A stretch of DNA of 64,000 nt from assembly GCF_947568905.1 (NCBI RefSeq), contig NC_079173.1, positions 42,160,001 to 42,224,000 on the forward strand. The letters are read 5' to 3'. The notes under the pieces were generated by a model, which was not told where the DNA came from, ran no database searches, and worked only from the letters and a program-made list of their open reading frames with translations. Shown here piece by piece: positions 1-10,883 of the stretch (position 1 is the stretch's first letter; each line of letters begins with the position of its first letter). Both the position numbers and the translations under genes were made by a program. This DNA comes from Ostrea edulis (Eukaryota).

Positions 1-349
1 CAATTTTTGCAATACTCATGGTCAATGTGATATGTGTTTTATATCGGATTATTTCTGTGAATCTTTCTTTTTGTCTGCCTGTCTGTTCATGTGTTGGAAA
101 TTCGTGAGCACTGCAATATCGTCTTAATTGTAAGTGAGAGTGTTTATAGTTGTGAGGTGTGATTTTTGTTAGAGTATGCTTTTCACCGATGCAATTTTCC
201 AAATGACCACCAAATGTATGAATTAGCTTTTACAAATCAGAACAATGCACTGGGAGCTTTGGTATGTTGTGGATATAATCCTCTCCAATACAAACGAGTT
301 GGGCCACTTAGTAAACGTTGACTTTGGAACCTTATCAAATTTAACATTA

Positions 350-1962
350 GGCCACATAGAATTAATTTTTAGATTCTCATCCCCGCCCGCCCCTCTCAAA
401 ACGTCCCGCCCCACCGTCTTTTATTTTGTTTTTTAAAAAAAGTGTGCAAAAAAAAGTATCGCAAAAAAAAAAATCGGGTTCGGTATACAAAAAAGTCAGA
501 TCATTTCAATGGCTGCCTGACATATTGGCGCGTTGTGGTTGTGAAGTGACGTTTGATTCCAGTCATGTTTGTAATAATCAGAATTCGGAAAGATGTGGTA
601 GTTGTAAAGAACTGGTGCGGTGTGATTTGCAGTGATCCCCAGTCAACCCTTATTGATATATTTCATAATCATATATGCAAGGGAAGTATGACCAAAAGCC
701 TGGTGTTCAGGACATGCATGAAATCGGTCAGGTGACGATATTTGTAGGTCCAGCGAAAACTGATTTAACAGAAATGTCATCAAATGTCAAAGTATGCGAC
801 GCTGTATCCTGTGTTGGGAGTTTTATTGAATTTGTGTGTCGTAAACTAAATGATGGTGAATTGAATTCTACTGTTAGTGAAACAACTGAAGTTCGCAAAG
901 TCTCTGCTTTCTGGTGTAACAATGCGCTTAAAATGGAAAGACAATAACCTTGAATGCAAACAATCTGCAACTGATCAACAAATACGGGATCTTGCATGGA
1001 ACATGACTGGTATTGATGACATTGATCCACTACACACCACGCAAACTGACCTTAAGAGCAAATCTAAACTGCAGGACTTCCTAACCAAACACTGTAGATT
1101 GCGCCATTACATGTTTTCTGTCAACAAGTGTGGTTTAGCATCCTGCTTAATTTGCAAAGCTCCTACACTTCCTGAAGAAGTCTTTAATGATTTGTGTCAC
1201 CTTCCTGATCCTACACCAAGTGATGGGGAGAAGTATAAATCCTTCAATGATGTTTACAAAACAAATACATCTGAAGACTTCAGACCTTCATTAAAAGTAT
1301 CTCTGAATGGACAGTCAGGAATATCTGCTCATGGAATGCCCTTTTCTCCATCTTCACAATATGCCAAAAATGTGGAAATGGTTATATTATGTAGTCAGTG
1401 TGAAAAACCAAGAGTACTCTATTGTAAAACTGTTGTCAGAGGTACTTCAAGAACACAGTTACAGAGATCTTTGAATGATTTAGAATATTCATGTGGGTCA
1501 AGTTTTATTGATGTTGAATGTGAGGACTCTCATATCTTGAAAAAAGTTTTTGTCAGAAAAAATTTGAAGTGCAGTTATACTATTGAAATTCCATATTTTT
1601 CTGCAGGATTTGAACCTATTTGTTATTATTGTGGTGATGATGATGGTCTTCAGGCATCTGATGATGATTATCCAATATGTTTGAAATGTAAAAATGAAGG
1701 AAAGAAAGTTGTAAAGAGGCGTACACGTACAAAATAAATTGTAAAATCAAATTGGTATACATTTTGTGAAATTAAAAGATTAAATATTGTTTTGTTTACT
1801 CATATTTTTATTAGCATTAACGGTGTAAAAATATAGAACAATTGTTATCAATGAAAAGAATGTGAAATGAATATTTTTAAAAAATAAAAAATAAAATCCA
1901 CCCACCCACCCCATTTTTTTTGCAAATCAGGATGAGAATCTATATATTAATTTTATGTGGCC
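350..1962 (+). mobile_element. Zator DNA transposon, internally deleted non-autonomous copy
   Basis: 33-bp TIRs GGCCACATAGAATTAATTTTTAGATTCTCATCC (350-382) and 1930-1962 with 3 mismatches. TTA on both flanks (347-349, 1963-1965). GG termini plus a TWA TSD are the Zator hallmarks. Confidence 0.85.
877..1737 (+). pseudogene. C-terminal Cys-rich part of a Zator-type transposase; DDE core not seen
   Basis: 286-aa ORF inside the TIRs (HCRLRHYMFSVNKCGLASCLICK, LPDP, CSQCEKPR, ICYYCG, CLKCK). No catalytic region is recognisable, and the reading frame changes near 900, consistent with a deletion junction. Confidence 0.65.
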
Positions 1963-2547
1963 TTACCTATAAGATATGGCCTTTGAACCAAAATATTGTG
2001 GAATATCCAAGGATGATAGTTTGTTTTTTATTGGCTGTGTTAAAACATATCAAGAAGAATTGTAGATGATTGGTATGTTCGGATTATTTGATGAGTGCCG
2101 TATCAAACTTTTTAAATTTCAATGCATTAAAAATGGAATAATTGAATAAAATATGTTTTGCGAAATACAAAAGCAAAGGACTGAATGACGGTTATAAAGA
2201 ACATATATATGTTAATGTGCATGGTAGTACCATCCTTGGACATATTTATAAATTGATTTTTTTTTAATTCGAGAATCATTATTTTGATTTGACACATGTT
2301 GACTAGCTTAGTAGCTGGAAATCATGATTTTGTTTTATCATATATTCTATGAATGTTACCACTCTGTGTTCAAGCTGTTGACATAGCATGTTCTAATCGT
2401 CTGGTCTATGTGGATAAAGATGCAGTGATGATTTCTTATTGTAATGTGTAACATTGTTTGTTAATAAAATTTGTTAACTTTCTTAAAAAAACACATTTCG
2501 CTTTGCATTCTGTAGCAGTGAAGTGTGATGCGATTCAAGAGATATAA

Positions 2548-2644
2548 CTGGTGTGTCCAGGGGTCCGTGTTTGCCCAACTATCTATTTTGTATTGCTTGT
2601 AGGAGTTATGCGGTTGATCACTGTTCGTTATCTTCACCTTGCAT
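2548..2644 (+). mobile_element. 3' terminal fragment of Penelope-like (Naiad-like) retroelement
   Basis: Matches the 3' end of the RT-bearing copy at 9415-9512 (ctggtgtgtccaggggtccgtgtttgccc...ttcaccttgcat). Confidence 0.8.
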
Positions 2645-2907
2645 ATAACTCCAAATCTCTGCAGGATAGTTTTATAAATTTGTCAAAGTTTACAGAAGTC
2701 ATGTGATGCTTAGTCCGAATTCCCTCTATCAAAATTTCCATCACATACAAGTAATAATTTACAGCAAATATGATGAATAATAGGGAACAGATTATCATTC
2801 ACTTGAAATATATGGATATAAATTATGTTACTGAATATCTTATCTTAAAGTGAAAGTCAAGGTCATATACCTTCCACGGAATCCACATTATAAACACAAT
2901 CTTCGGT

Positions 2908-3190
2908 ATGAAAAGGGAAGATAACGAAAACTGAGCAATCTCATAACTACTATAGAGAATACAAAATCGAGAGTGGGGCAAACACGGATTCCTGTACATA
3001 TTGGAGGCTGATTAGTGCCTGGGAGGAGTAAGCGGCCCCTGTTGACCGGTCACACTTGCCGTGAGACATATCTTGATCAGGTAATTGGAGTAATCCGTGG
3101 TCCAAATCAATATGCTAAGATCGGCCTAATAATTGGTATGAAACGCGTTAGACTGCATTCGAACTAATGACATGGTGTATTCAGTTTGTA
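2908..3190 (-). mobile_element. Decayed 3' fragment of Naiad-like element
   Basis: Reverse complement of the same terminus (gaagataacgaa...gggcaaacacgga...gaccggtcacac). Confidence 0.7.
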
Positions 3191-3459
3191 AACGTGTGTC
3201 CTAAAAACCTGTTACTTTCACTACTTGGTGAAGGGGCAGTCGCTACCTATGTTAAGCTGCTTAGCTTTGGAGCGGCTGTGAGATCAAGGGTCTCCCTTGT
3301 GCAAAACTAACACGCTTACCAGCCATAATCTTCCGTAATGCGTCTCGATAACGTCAGTCATGTCATGGGCTTTGTATACAGAAGTCTTTTGTAACATTCA
3401 ACAAGACCATTCCATGTAAATTTCAAAGCAAAAGAGATACGGCTTACTTTTGACGATTA

Positions 3460-3798
3460 AATTGATTGATTGAATATTGCTTAACGTCCATCTCGAGAAT
3501 TTTTCACTCATAGGGAGACGTCACCAAGACCAGTCAAGGGCTTCAAATTTAGGCCTTTGCTCGGCACTTACGACCTTTGAGCAATGAGGGTTCTTTAGCA
3601 TGCCACACCTACTGCGACATGGTGCATCCGTTTTTAAGGTAATCTCCGAGGACCCGTGACACTCACACCTCATGTCGAACGTTTGGCGACGGAACTGTCA
3701 TTACCTGTTTTAACGACTTAGGTCTGTTTCGGCCGGAATTCTTACCCCCGGCGTCCCGCATGCGGGGCGAAAACTCTAACCTCTAGGCCACCGCGGCG
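3460..3798 (-). mobile_element. tRNA-derived SINE with (ATCA)n tail
   Basis: Minus strand starts gccgcggtggcctagaggttagag (A-box-like, tRNA-like head) and ends in aatcaatcaa. Short gatta duplication on the flanks. Related copy at 17440-17700. Confidence 0.7.
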
Positions 3799-3799
3799 A

Positions 3800-4245
3800 T
3801 TAGAGGTTAATAATATGGTGTTTAGAGGTTAATAATTTGACGCTTAGAGTTTAATATTTTGACGTTTAGAAGTTAATATTTTGACGTTAAAGGTTAATAA
3901 TTTGATGTTTAATTGTTCGTATTTGATATTTTGACGTCTAGAGGTCAATAATTGAACGCTTAGAGGTTAATAATATGGCATTTAGAGGTTGATATTTTGA
4001 TGTTTAATTTGACTTTTAAAGGATAATAATTTGATGTTTAGAGATTGATATTTTGGTGTTTGGAGGTTGATAATTTGACGTTTGAAAGTTAATAATTTGA
4101 CGATTAAAGGTTAATAATTTTATGTTTAAAGGTTAATGATTTTATGTTTTGACGTTTTGAGGTTAATACTTTGACGTTTAGTGGTTAATGATTTGATGTT
4201 TAGATGTTAATGATTTATTGTTCAGAGGTTAATAATTTGATGTTA
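3800..4245. repeat. Degenerate ~21-22-bp minisatellite (ttagaggttaataatttgacg)
   Basis: About 20 imperfect tandem copies visible. Confidence 0.85.
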
Positions 4246-4471
4246 GTGGATAGTTGAAAGCTAAAATCATAGTCCGTGTATTGGCATTCTCTACCAAATT
4301 AATTTAACGTTAAACCATTAATCATAGGTCATATAAATCTAAATCTGTTATATGCGCTTGGATGTGCATGTATCCCTACTGATAAAATGTCATACCATCT
4401 GAAGCACCTACAGCATATAATGGGTAAGGCTGACAAGGATATTGTTAACCATGATAACCAGAGCGCCATAT

Positions 4472-4605
4472 AGGGGATGCTTACTGCTCCTAGGCACCTG
4501 ATCCCACCTCTGGTGTGTTCAGGGGTTAGTGTTTGCCCAACTCTTTATTTTGTATTCGTTATAGGAGTTATTAGATTGATCACCGTCGTTATCTTCACCT
4601 TTCAT
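4472..4605 (+). mobile_element. 3' terminal fragment of Naiad-like element
   Basis: ggggatgcttact...cctaggcacctgatcccacctctgg...ttcacctttcat. Confidence 0.8.
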
Positions 4606-5282
4606 AGTTATCATGCACATGATAAATATTTTCAATTGATATTACCAATATTATTAGATACATCATATTTAGAGAGGAAAAACAACTACACGGGAAGAAG
4701 AAAAAATGCCTTTGGTAAATGTAAAGCTTCATTTACCAAACAGTTCTCCAACGCAACCGTGTGGCAAATCTAGAGGGAGTCCTTTGTAATATTCAGCAAG
4801 TTTATTCCATGTAAGTTCCAAAGGAGAGGACATTCTGAGTACTTTTGACGTTTAGGGGTTAATCATTTGACGGGATTACATCCCCTCCTTTCAGTTGAAC
4901 ATTTTTAACATTTTGGGGTCTTCATCTCTCCTGTTTTAGGGAGTGGAAATGTACAATGTTTGGTGGAACCTCCACTCCACGCCACCCTTTGATTTGTTTG
5001 GATCCGATCAACTGGAAATATGTTGATATCGGATTACCATTTTCTATTAAAGAAGAAAAAAACGCTTATCCATCATCCAATATAACCTTTATGTCTTTCT
5101 CTCTGTGCCAACGCCTACCTTGACACTGTGCCTCAATCTTTTTTGTTTCATCTTCAAGACCCGCAACTTACTTCTAGATGACGAGCGTTTGGCGAAAGTG
5201 CAATCACTTTGTATACCTACCTTTTGATTTTAACGCGGCAATATTTACATTTACTATGTTTAGCCTGCTTGTTTTCGATTGA

Positions 5283-6480
5283 ATGCAAGGTGAAGATAAC
5301 GAACAGTGATCAATCTCATAACTCCTACAAGCAATACAAAATAGATAGTTGGGCAAACACGAACCCCTGGACACACCAGAGGTGGGATCAGGTGCCTAGG
5401 AGGAGTAAGCATCCCCTGTTGACCGGTCACACCCGCCGTGAGCCCCATATCCGCAACTATGAAGACATCAAAGGTGAAGGTAACAGTAATCAATTTCAGA
5501 ACTCCTATAAACAATACAAAATAGATAGCTGGGCAAACACGGACCCCTGGACACACCAGAGGTGGGATCAGGTGCCTAGGAGGAGTAAACATCATCCCTT
5601 GTCGACCGGTCAGACCCGCAGTGAGTCCCATATCTTGATCAGGTAAACAAGATTATCCGTAGTCAAGTCAGTGTGCCACGAACGGCTTAACAATCGGTAT
5701 GAAACACTTCAGACAGCATTTGACCCAATGATAGGTTGTATTGCATGACAAACTAGATCGTTATAACGACCATAGAATTTGCGAAATGTTGAATTTAAAC
5801 GAGACTATTGAAACCTCTGCACCATCAACCATGTCAGTAGCCTGTCGCGATTTAAAAGCTGACCGTACACAGAATAGGCTCTTCCGTATCGAATCAGTCG
5901 AGAGAGATAAACACTATATGCTGGTGATAATGGAATATTGCTACAGAAATATGGGAAGTTGACGATGGAGAGGCTGAAAGCATCCCATTTGTCATAACGT
6001 TGAGTTGTTAGTTTGCCGTTTCAGTAAAATATCTAAGTATGAAGCAGAAGTGCACGACCCTGTGGTTTCTTTTATTTCGAGGTCACAGGGATATGTTGAA
6101 TCGACATATGAATGAAAATTGTTATTTTTAATAGATAAAACGTTGTCGATTTATCTAAATGTCGAATTGAAGGCAACAGCAAAATATTTTTTTCTTCTCA
6201 CGTAGGAGTTTTGAATAAATTCTTCATTGGAATATATAAACAGGTCAGCTAACAAAGGAGCACAATTCGCTCCCATGGGAATTCTAACAGACTATTAGAA
6301 GACCTGATCACTAAAGACTATGAAGGTACTGTCAATGACGAAGTTTAGCATATTTTATTTCAACTTCAGATTACTTGTGCGTGGAATCAGATTGGTCTTC
6401 AACAAAGCAATTTTTTGGATGACTGATCACGAGATATGAATGTTTCTGTTTTCCATTTTTGTTAAAGAAGCAACTGTCTT
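5283..6480 (-). mobile_element. Decayed Naiad-like copy with tandemly duplicated 3' terminus (5283-5458 and 5463-5640)
   Basis: Two consecutive termini, then a degenerate minus-strand RT region (cccatgggaattct = IPMG motif) ending near 6480. Confidence 0.8.
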
Positions 6481-6483
6481 TGA

Positions 6484-7777
6484 GCTGACAAAGCTAGTAA
6501 CAACATTGTCTTTGTTTGTAAGGCTCATTATTACAACTGTATTTTAAACGAACTTGGCATTAATTCCACTTTTGGTAATCATACTTATACTCCAACTGCC
6601 CTTTCAAAAGATGAAATTCTTCAAAACCATGCTTCAGTTTTAGACACATTTAATATTCCAGTCAATGGGTCGAATGAATATGAGTTACTGTACCTATACT
6701 GGATTCCTAAACTACATAAAAACCCTTACAAACAAAGGTACATTGCTGGATCCAGTAAGTGCTCTCCCAAGCCCCTATCTTTGCTCCTCATGAAAATGTT
6801 AACAGCTGTGAAGGAGAAACTTCAAACTTACTGTGCGACTACATATGCCAGAAGTGGTGTTAATTAAATGTGGATTCTAAAAATTTCTAAAGAACTTTTA
6901 GTAAACTTGAAATCACAGAATTTTTCCCAAATCAATAGCATTAAAAGCTATGACTTTTCAACACTATACACGACCATTCCTCACGATAAATTAAAGACTA
7001 GACTTTTTGACATCATAGACATTTGCTTCTTCAACAAAAACGGAAAACGGAAATATTCATATCTAGTGATCAGTCATTCAAAAACTTACTTTGTTAAACA
7101 CCACTCTGATTCCACGTACAAGTACTCTGAAGTTGAAATAAAAAATATGCTAGAGTTCCTCATTGACAATATTTTCGTGGTCTTTGGTGATCAGGTCTTC
7201 CAACAGTCTGTTGGAATTCCCATGGGCACGAATTTTGCTCCTTTGTTAGCTGACATGTTTTTATATTCATATGAAGCAGAATTTATTCAAAAAATTCTAC
7301 GTGAGAAGAAAAAATATCTCGTTGTGACCTTCAATTCGACTTTTAGATATATCGATGACGTTTTGTCTATTAACAATGATAGTTTTCATTCATATGTCGA
7401 TTTGATATATCCCTGTGAGCTCGAAATAAAGGACACCACATAGTCGTCCACTTCTGCTTCATACTTAGATATTTTATTGAAAGTAGACATTAACGGCAAA
7501 CTGACAACTCAACTGTATGACAAACGGGATGATTTCAGCTTCTCCATCGTCAACTTCCCATATTTGTGTAGTAATATTCCATGATCACCTGCATATGGTG
7601 TTTATATATCTCAACTGATTCGATATGCAAGAGCTTGTTCTGGGTATAGTAAGTTTTTAGCTCACCTGAACCGAAGGTTCAAGTGAGCTATTCTGATCAC
7701 ATTTTGTCCGGCGTCCGTCTGTCTGTCTGTCCGTCTGTCTGTCTGTCCGTTTGTCCGTAAACTTTTCACATTTTCGA

Positions 7778-7811
<34 letters not shown>

Positions 7812-9512
7812 TAACTTGGCCAAAAGCATCCTTGGGTGAAGGGCTTTCAAGTTTGTTCAAATGAAGGGCCATGTCCCTTTCAAAGGGGAGATAATCACAA
7901 AAATGCAAAAATAGGGTGGGGTCATTTAAAAATCTTCTTCTCAAGAACCACCGGGTCAGAAGAGCTGAAATTTACCTGAAAGCTTCCTGACATAATGCAG
8001 ATTCAAGTTTGTTCAAATCATGGGCCCCTGGGGTTGGATGGGGCCACAATAGGGGATCAAAGTTTTACATACAAATATATAGGAAAAATCTTTTAAAATC
8101 TTCTTTTCAAGAACCACTGAGTCAGAAAAGCTGATTTTTACATGAAAACTTTCTGACATAGTGCACATTCAAGTTCGTTCAAATCATGGCCCCCGGGGAT
8201 AGGATGGGGCCCCAAGTGGTGGATCAAAGTTTTACACACAAATATATAGGGAAAAATTTAAAAATCTTCTTCTCAAGAACCACTAAGCCAGAAAATCTGA
8301 GATTTACATGAAAGCTTCCTGACATAATGAAGATTCAAGTTTGTTCAAATCATGGGCCTCGGGGGTTGGATGGGGCCACAATAGGGGATCAAAGTTTTAC
8401 ATACAAATATATAGGAAAAATCTTTAAAAATCTTCTTCTCAAGAACCACTGAGTCAGAAAAGCTGATTTTTACATGAAAACTTTCTGACATAGTGCACAT
8501 TCAAGTTTGTTCAAATCATGGCCCCCGGGGATAGGATGGGGCCCCAAGGGGGGATGAAAGTTTTGCATACAAATATATAGGGAAAAACTTTAAAAATCTT
8601 CTTCTCGAGAACCACTAAGCCAGAAAAGCTGAGATTTACATGAAAGCTTCCTGACATAATGAAGATTCAAGTTTGTTCAAATCATTGGCCCCTGGGGTTG
8701 GATGGGGCCACAATAGGGGATCAAAGTTTTACATACAAATATATAGGAACAATCTTTAAAAATCTTCTTCTCAAGAACCACTGAGCCAGAAAAGCTGATT
8801 TTTACATGAAAACTTTCTGACATAGTGCAGATTCAAGTTTGTTCAAATCATGGGCCCCGGGTGTAGGATGAGGCCACAAGGGAGATCAAAGTTTTACATA
8901 CAAATATAGGAAAAAGCTTTAAAAATCTTCTTCTCAAGAACCATTGGGTCAAAGAAGTTGACATTTACATGAAAGCTTTCTGACATAGTGTAGATTCAGG
9001 TTTGCAAAGGGTAGTTTGGGCCATAATAGAGACTAAGGTTTTAGATGCAAATATATATGGAAATTCTTCAGATATGGGCCAAGGTGACTCAGGTGAGCGA
9101 TGTGGCTCATGGGCCTCTTGTTAAATCGAGGTAAGCTACTGACAAACAAGTTGATGGTACAGGGATTTCAACAGTCTCGATTGAAGTCAGCATTTCGTAA
9201 ATTCTATGGTCGTTATAACGATCTAGTTCGTCAATGCAACCTCACATTGGGTCAAATGCTGTCTGACGTGTTTCATACCGATTGTTAAGCTGTTCTTGGC
9301 ACACATTGATTTTGACTGCGGATAACTCTGTTTACCTGATCAGGATATAGGGCTCACGGCGGGTGTGACCGGTCAACAGGGGATGCTTACTCCTCCTAGG
9401 CACCTGATCCCACCTCTGGTGTGTCCAGGGGTCCGTGTTTGCCCAACTTTCTATCTTGTATTGCTTGTAGGAGTTATGAGATTGATCACTGTTCGTTATC
9501 TTCACATTGCAT
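6484..9512 (+). mobile_element. 5'-truncated Penelope-like retroelement (Naiad-like) interrupted by a HINE
   Basis: A single frame across 6484-7658 and 9123-9288: ADKASNNIVFVCK, YWIPKLHKNPYKQRYIAGS, YDFSTLYTTIPH, GIPMGTN, FRYIDDVL, YDKRDDFSF, YGRYNDL, ...HTDC*. Three nonsense codons (6865, 7441, ~7582) and no frameshift. No GIY-YIG after the RT, which fits an N-terminal-endonuclease (Naiad/Chlamys-type) PLE. 3' UTR 9289-9512. Confidence 0.85.
7659..9122 (+). mobile_element. Non-autonomous Helentron (HINE; CvA/pearl-like) with internal ~166-bp satellite array
   Basis: Inserted in a T-run of the RT frame. 5' hairpin agctcacctgaacc-gaa-ggttcaagtgagct, (GTCY)n microsatellite, subterminal IR gctcacctga (7660) / tcaggtgagc (9089), 3' ggctcatgggcc palindrome, about 7 tandem ~166-bp units (7928-9000). 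Confidence 0.85.
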
Positions 9513-9519
9513 GTTAAAA

Positions 9520-9895
9520 ACTATAGTCTATAATTTATCGTGAGGAATGGTCGTGTAAGGTATTGAAAAGTCGTACGTTTTGATGTTGCTGATTTGAGAA
9601 AAGTTTTGCGATTTCGAATTTACTAAAAGTTCTTTCAACTTTTTTAGAATCCACTTTTGATTTACACCACTTCCTGAATATGTAGTCATACAGTACGTTT
9701 GAAGTTTTTCATTCACAGCTATTAATATTTTCTTGAGGAGCAAAGATATTGGCTTAGTAGAACACTTACTAAATCTAGCAATGCATCTTTGTAAGTGTTT
9801 TTATGAAGTTTAGGAATCCAGTATAGGTATGGAAACTCTTATTCATTCGACTCATTGACTGGGATATTCAATGTGTCTAAAACTGAAGCATTGGC
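9520..9895 (-). mobile_element. Decayed internal RT fragment of Naiad-like element
   Basis: ORF 9528-9743 (EKLQTYC...SGVNQKWILK...YDFSIPYTTIPHDKL) is homologous to 6820-6990. Confidence 0.8.
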
Positions 9896-10883
9896 ATATT
9901 TTGTTTCAATTCAGTGGGAACCTGTTGTGTGTCCGTGTGTGAATTTACACAGTCCACGAACTCCGTAACCCATTTTGCGATATTGTTGGAATTTTTCTTT
10001 TGTTTATTGTTTTTTTTTTTTACATTTCATTTGAATTTAGTTTAGATAATGAACACTATGTAATATTCAGTTGTTACATTTACATTGTATTTATGTTTCA
10101 CGTACTTGAAAGACTCATTATGCTACATTATTTGGTATTTGTATCAAAAATACAGAAAAATATAAATATAGCTTTTTTGAACGGCAGGTGAAGGTCACAA
10201 ACATTGCAGAAAAAACTGTTTAACAAATAAAAGAAAACATTTCATCATTTATCTTAATGTTAACACAAGGTATCCAGTCACAAAGCACACATCCCAGCCA
10301 CTCAGCTTCCAAGCATATTGGAAAACTCTTGAGCATGTACTCTGTTTAAGTATGAGAATAATTTCATAAAAGTTTTATAACCTTCATGTTTTAGTATGAA
10401 TACGATTTAGAGCACGGAGTTTGAGTATTGAAACGTGCTCAAAAAAGTTTTATAACCTTCAGGCCTGGTCTCATACTTTTCAAGGCCAAATTGATTTGGA
10501 ATTTCGAAGATATATTGAGTTGAGGTTCGTATTTATTTTGCTGAAAAATTTTGAGAGAAGAAAGATAACTCGTAATTGTGAAGGACGAACTTTGCAAAAT
10601 CAAACAACAGAAGTATTGCTCATTCGATTGTTATTTAAACAATGTTCAAAAGATCTTTAAATATATGTAGGATATATTAGGGTAAGAATATTATATAATG
10701 TGTGATGACGTAAAGATTAGTGATTCTTGGGAGAAAGAGTGGCTTTGATATCAAATGAAATAAATCCTCAAACATGGACTCTGGTATCAGCACAAACCAT
10801 GCTGATATCATTAGTACTCAGGTCTATAATCACATTGTGATAATTACAATACTCTGATATCAGCACATGTCACACGGATATGA

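Noticed and set aside
230-5210. Fragmentary LRR-like coding remnants (GYNPLQ near 270; LQRNRVANLEGVLCNIQQ at 4745-4808) and an ~80-bp duplication 3375-3455 / 4780-4865
   Set aside because: No consistent exon chain could be built, and frames contain stops. At most a decayed pseudogene; support is too weak.
5209-5646. 145-aa and 123-aa ORFs with an internal repeat
   Set aside because: Translations of the duplicated Naiad-like 3' UTR, not genes.
6484-9288. Selenocysteine-encoding Naiad (in-frame TGA plus SECIS)
   Set aside because: The in-frame stops are TAA, TAG and one TGA at a position that is Leu in the sister copy (31727 region). Cys positions use TGT/TGC, so these look like ordinary nonsense mutations.
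9355-9450. HDV-like ribozyme call for the Naiad-like 3' UTR
   Set aside because: A P1/P3/L3-like arrangement is present, but there is no convincing P2 or C-N-A-A J4/2 strand. Kept only as an unclassified structure.
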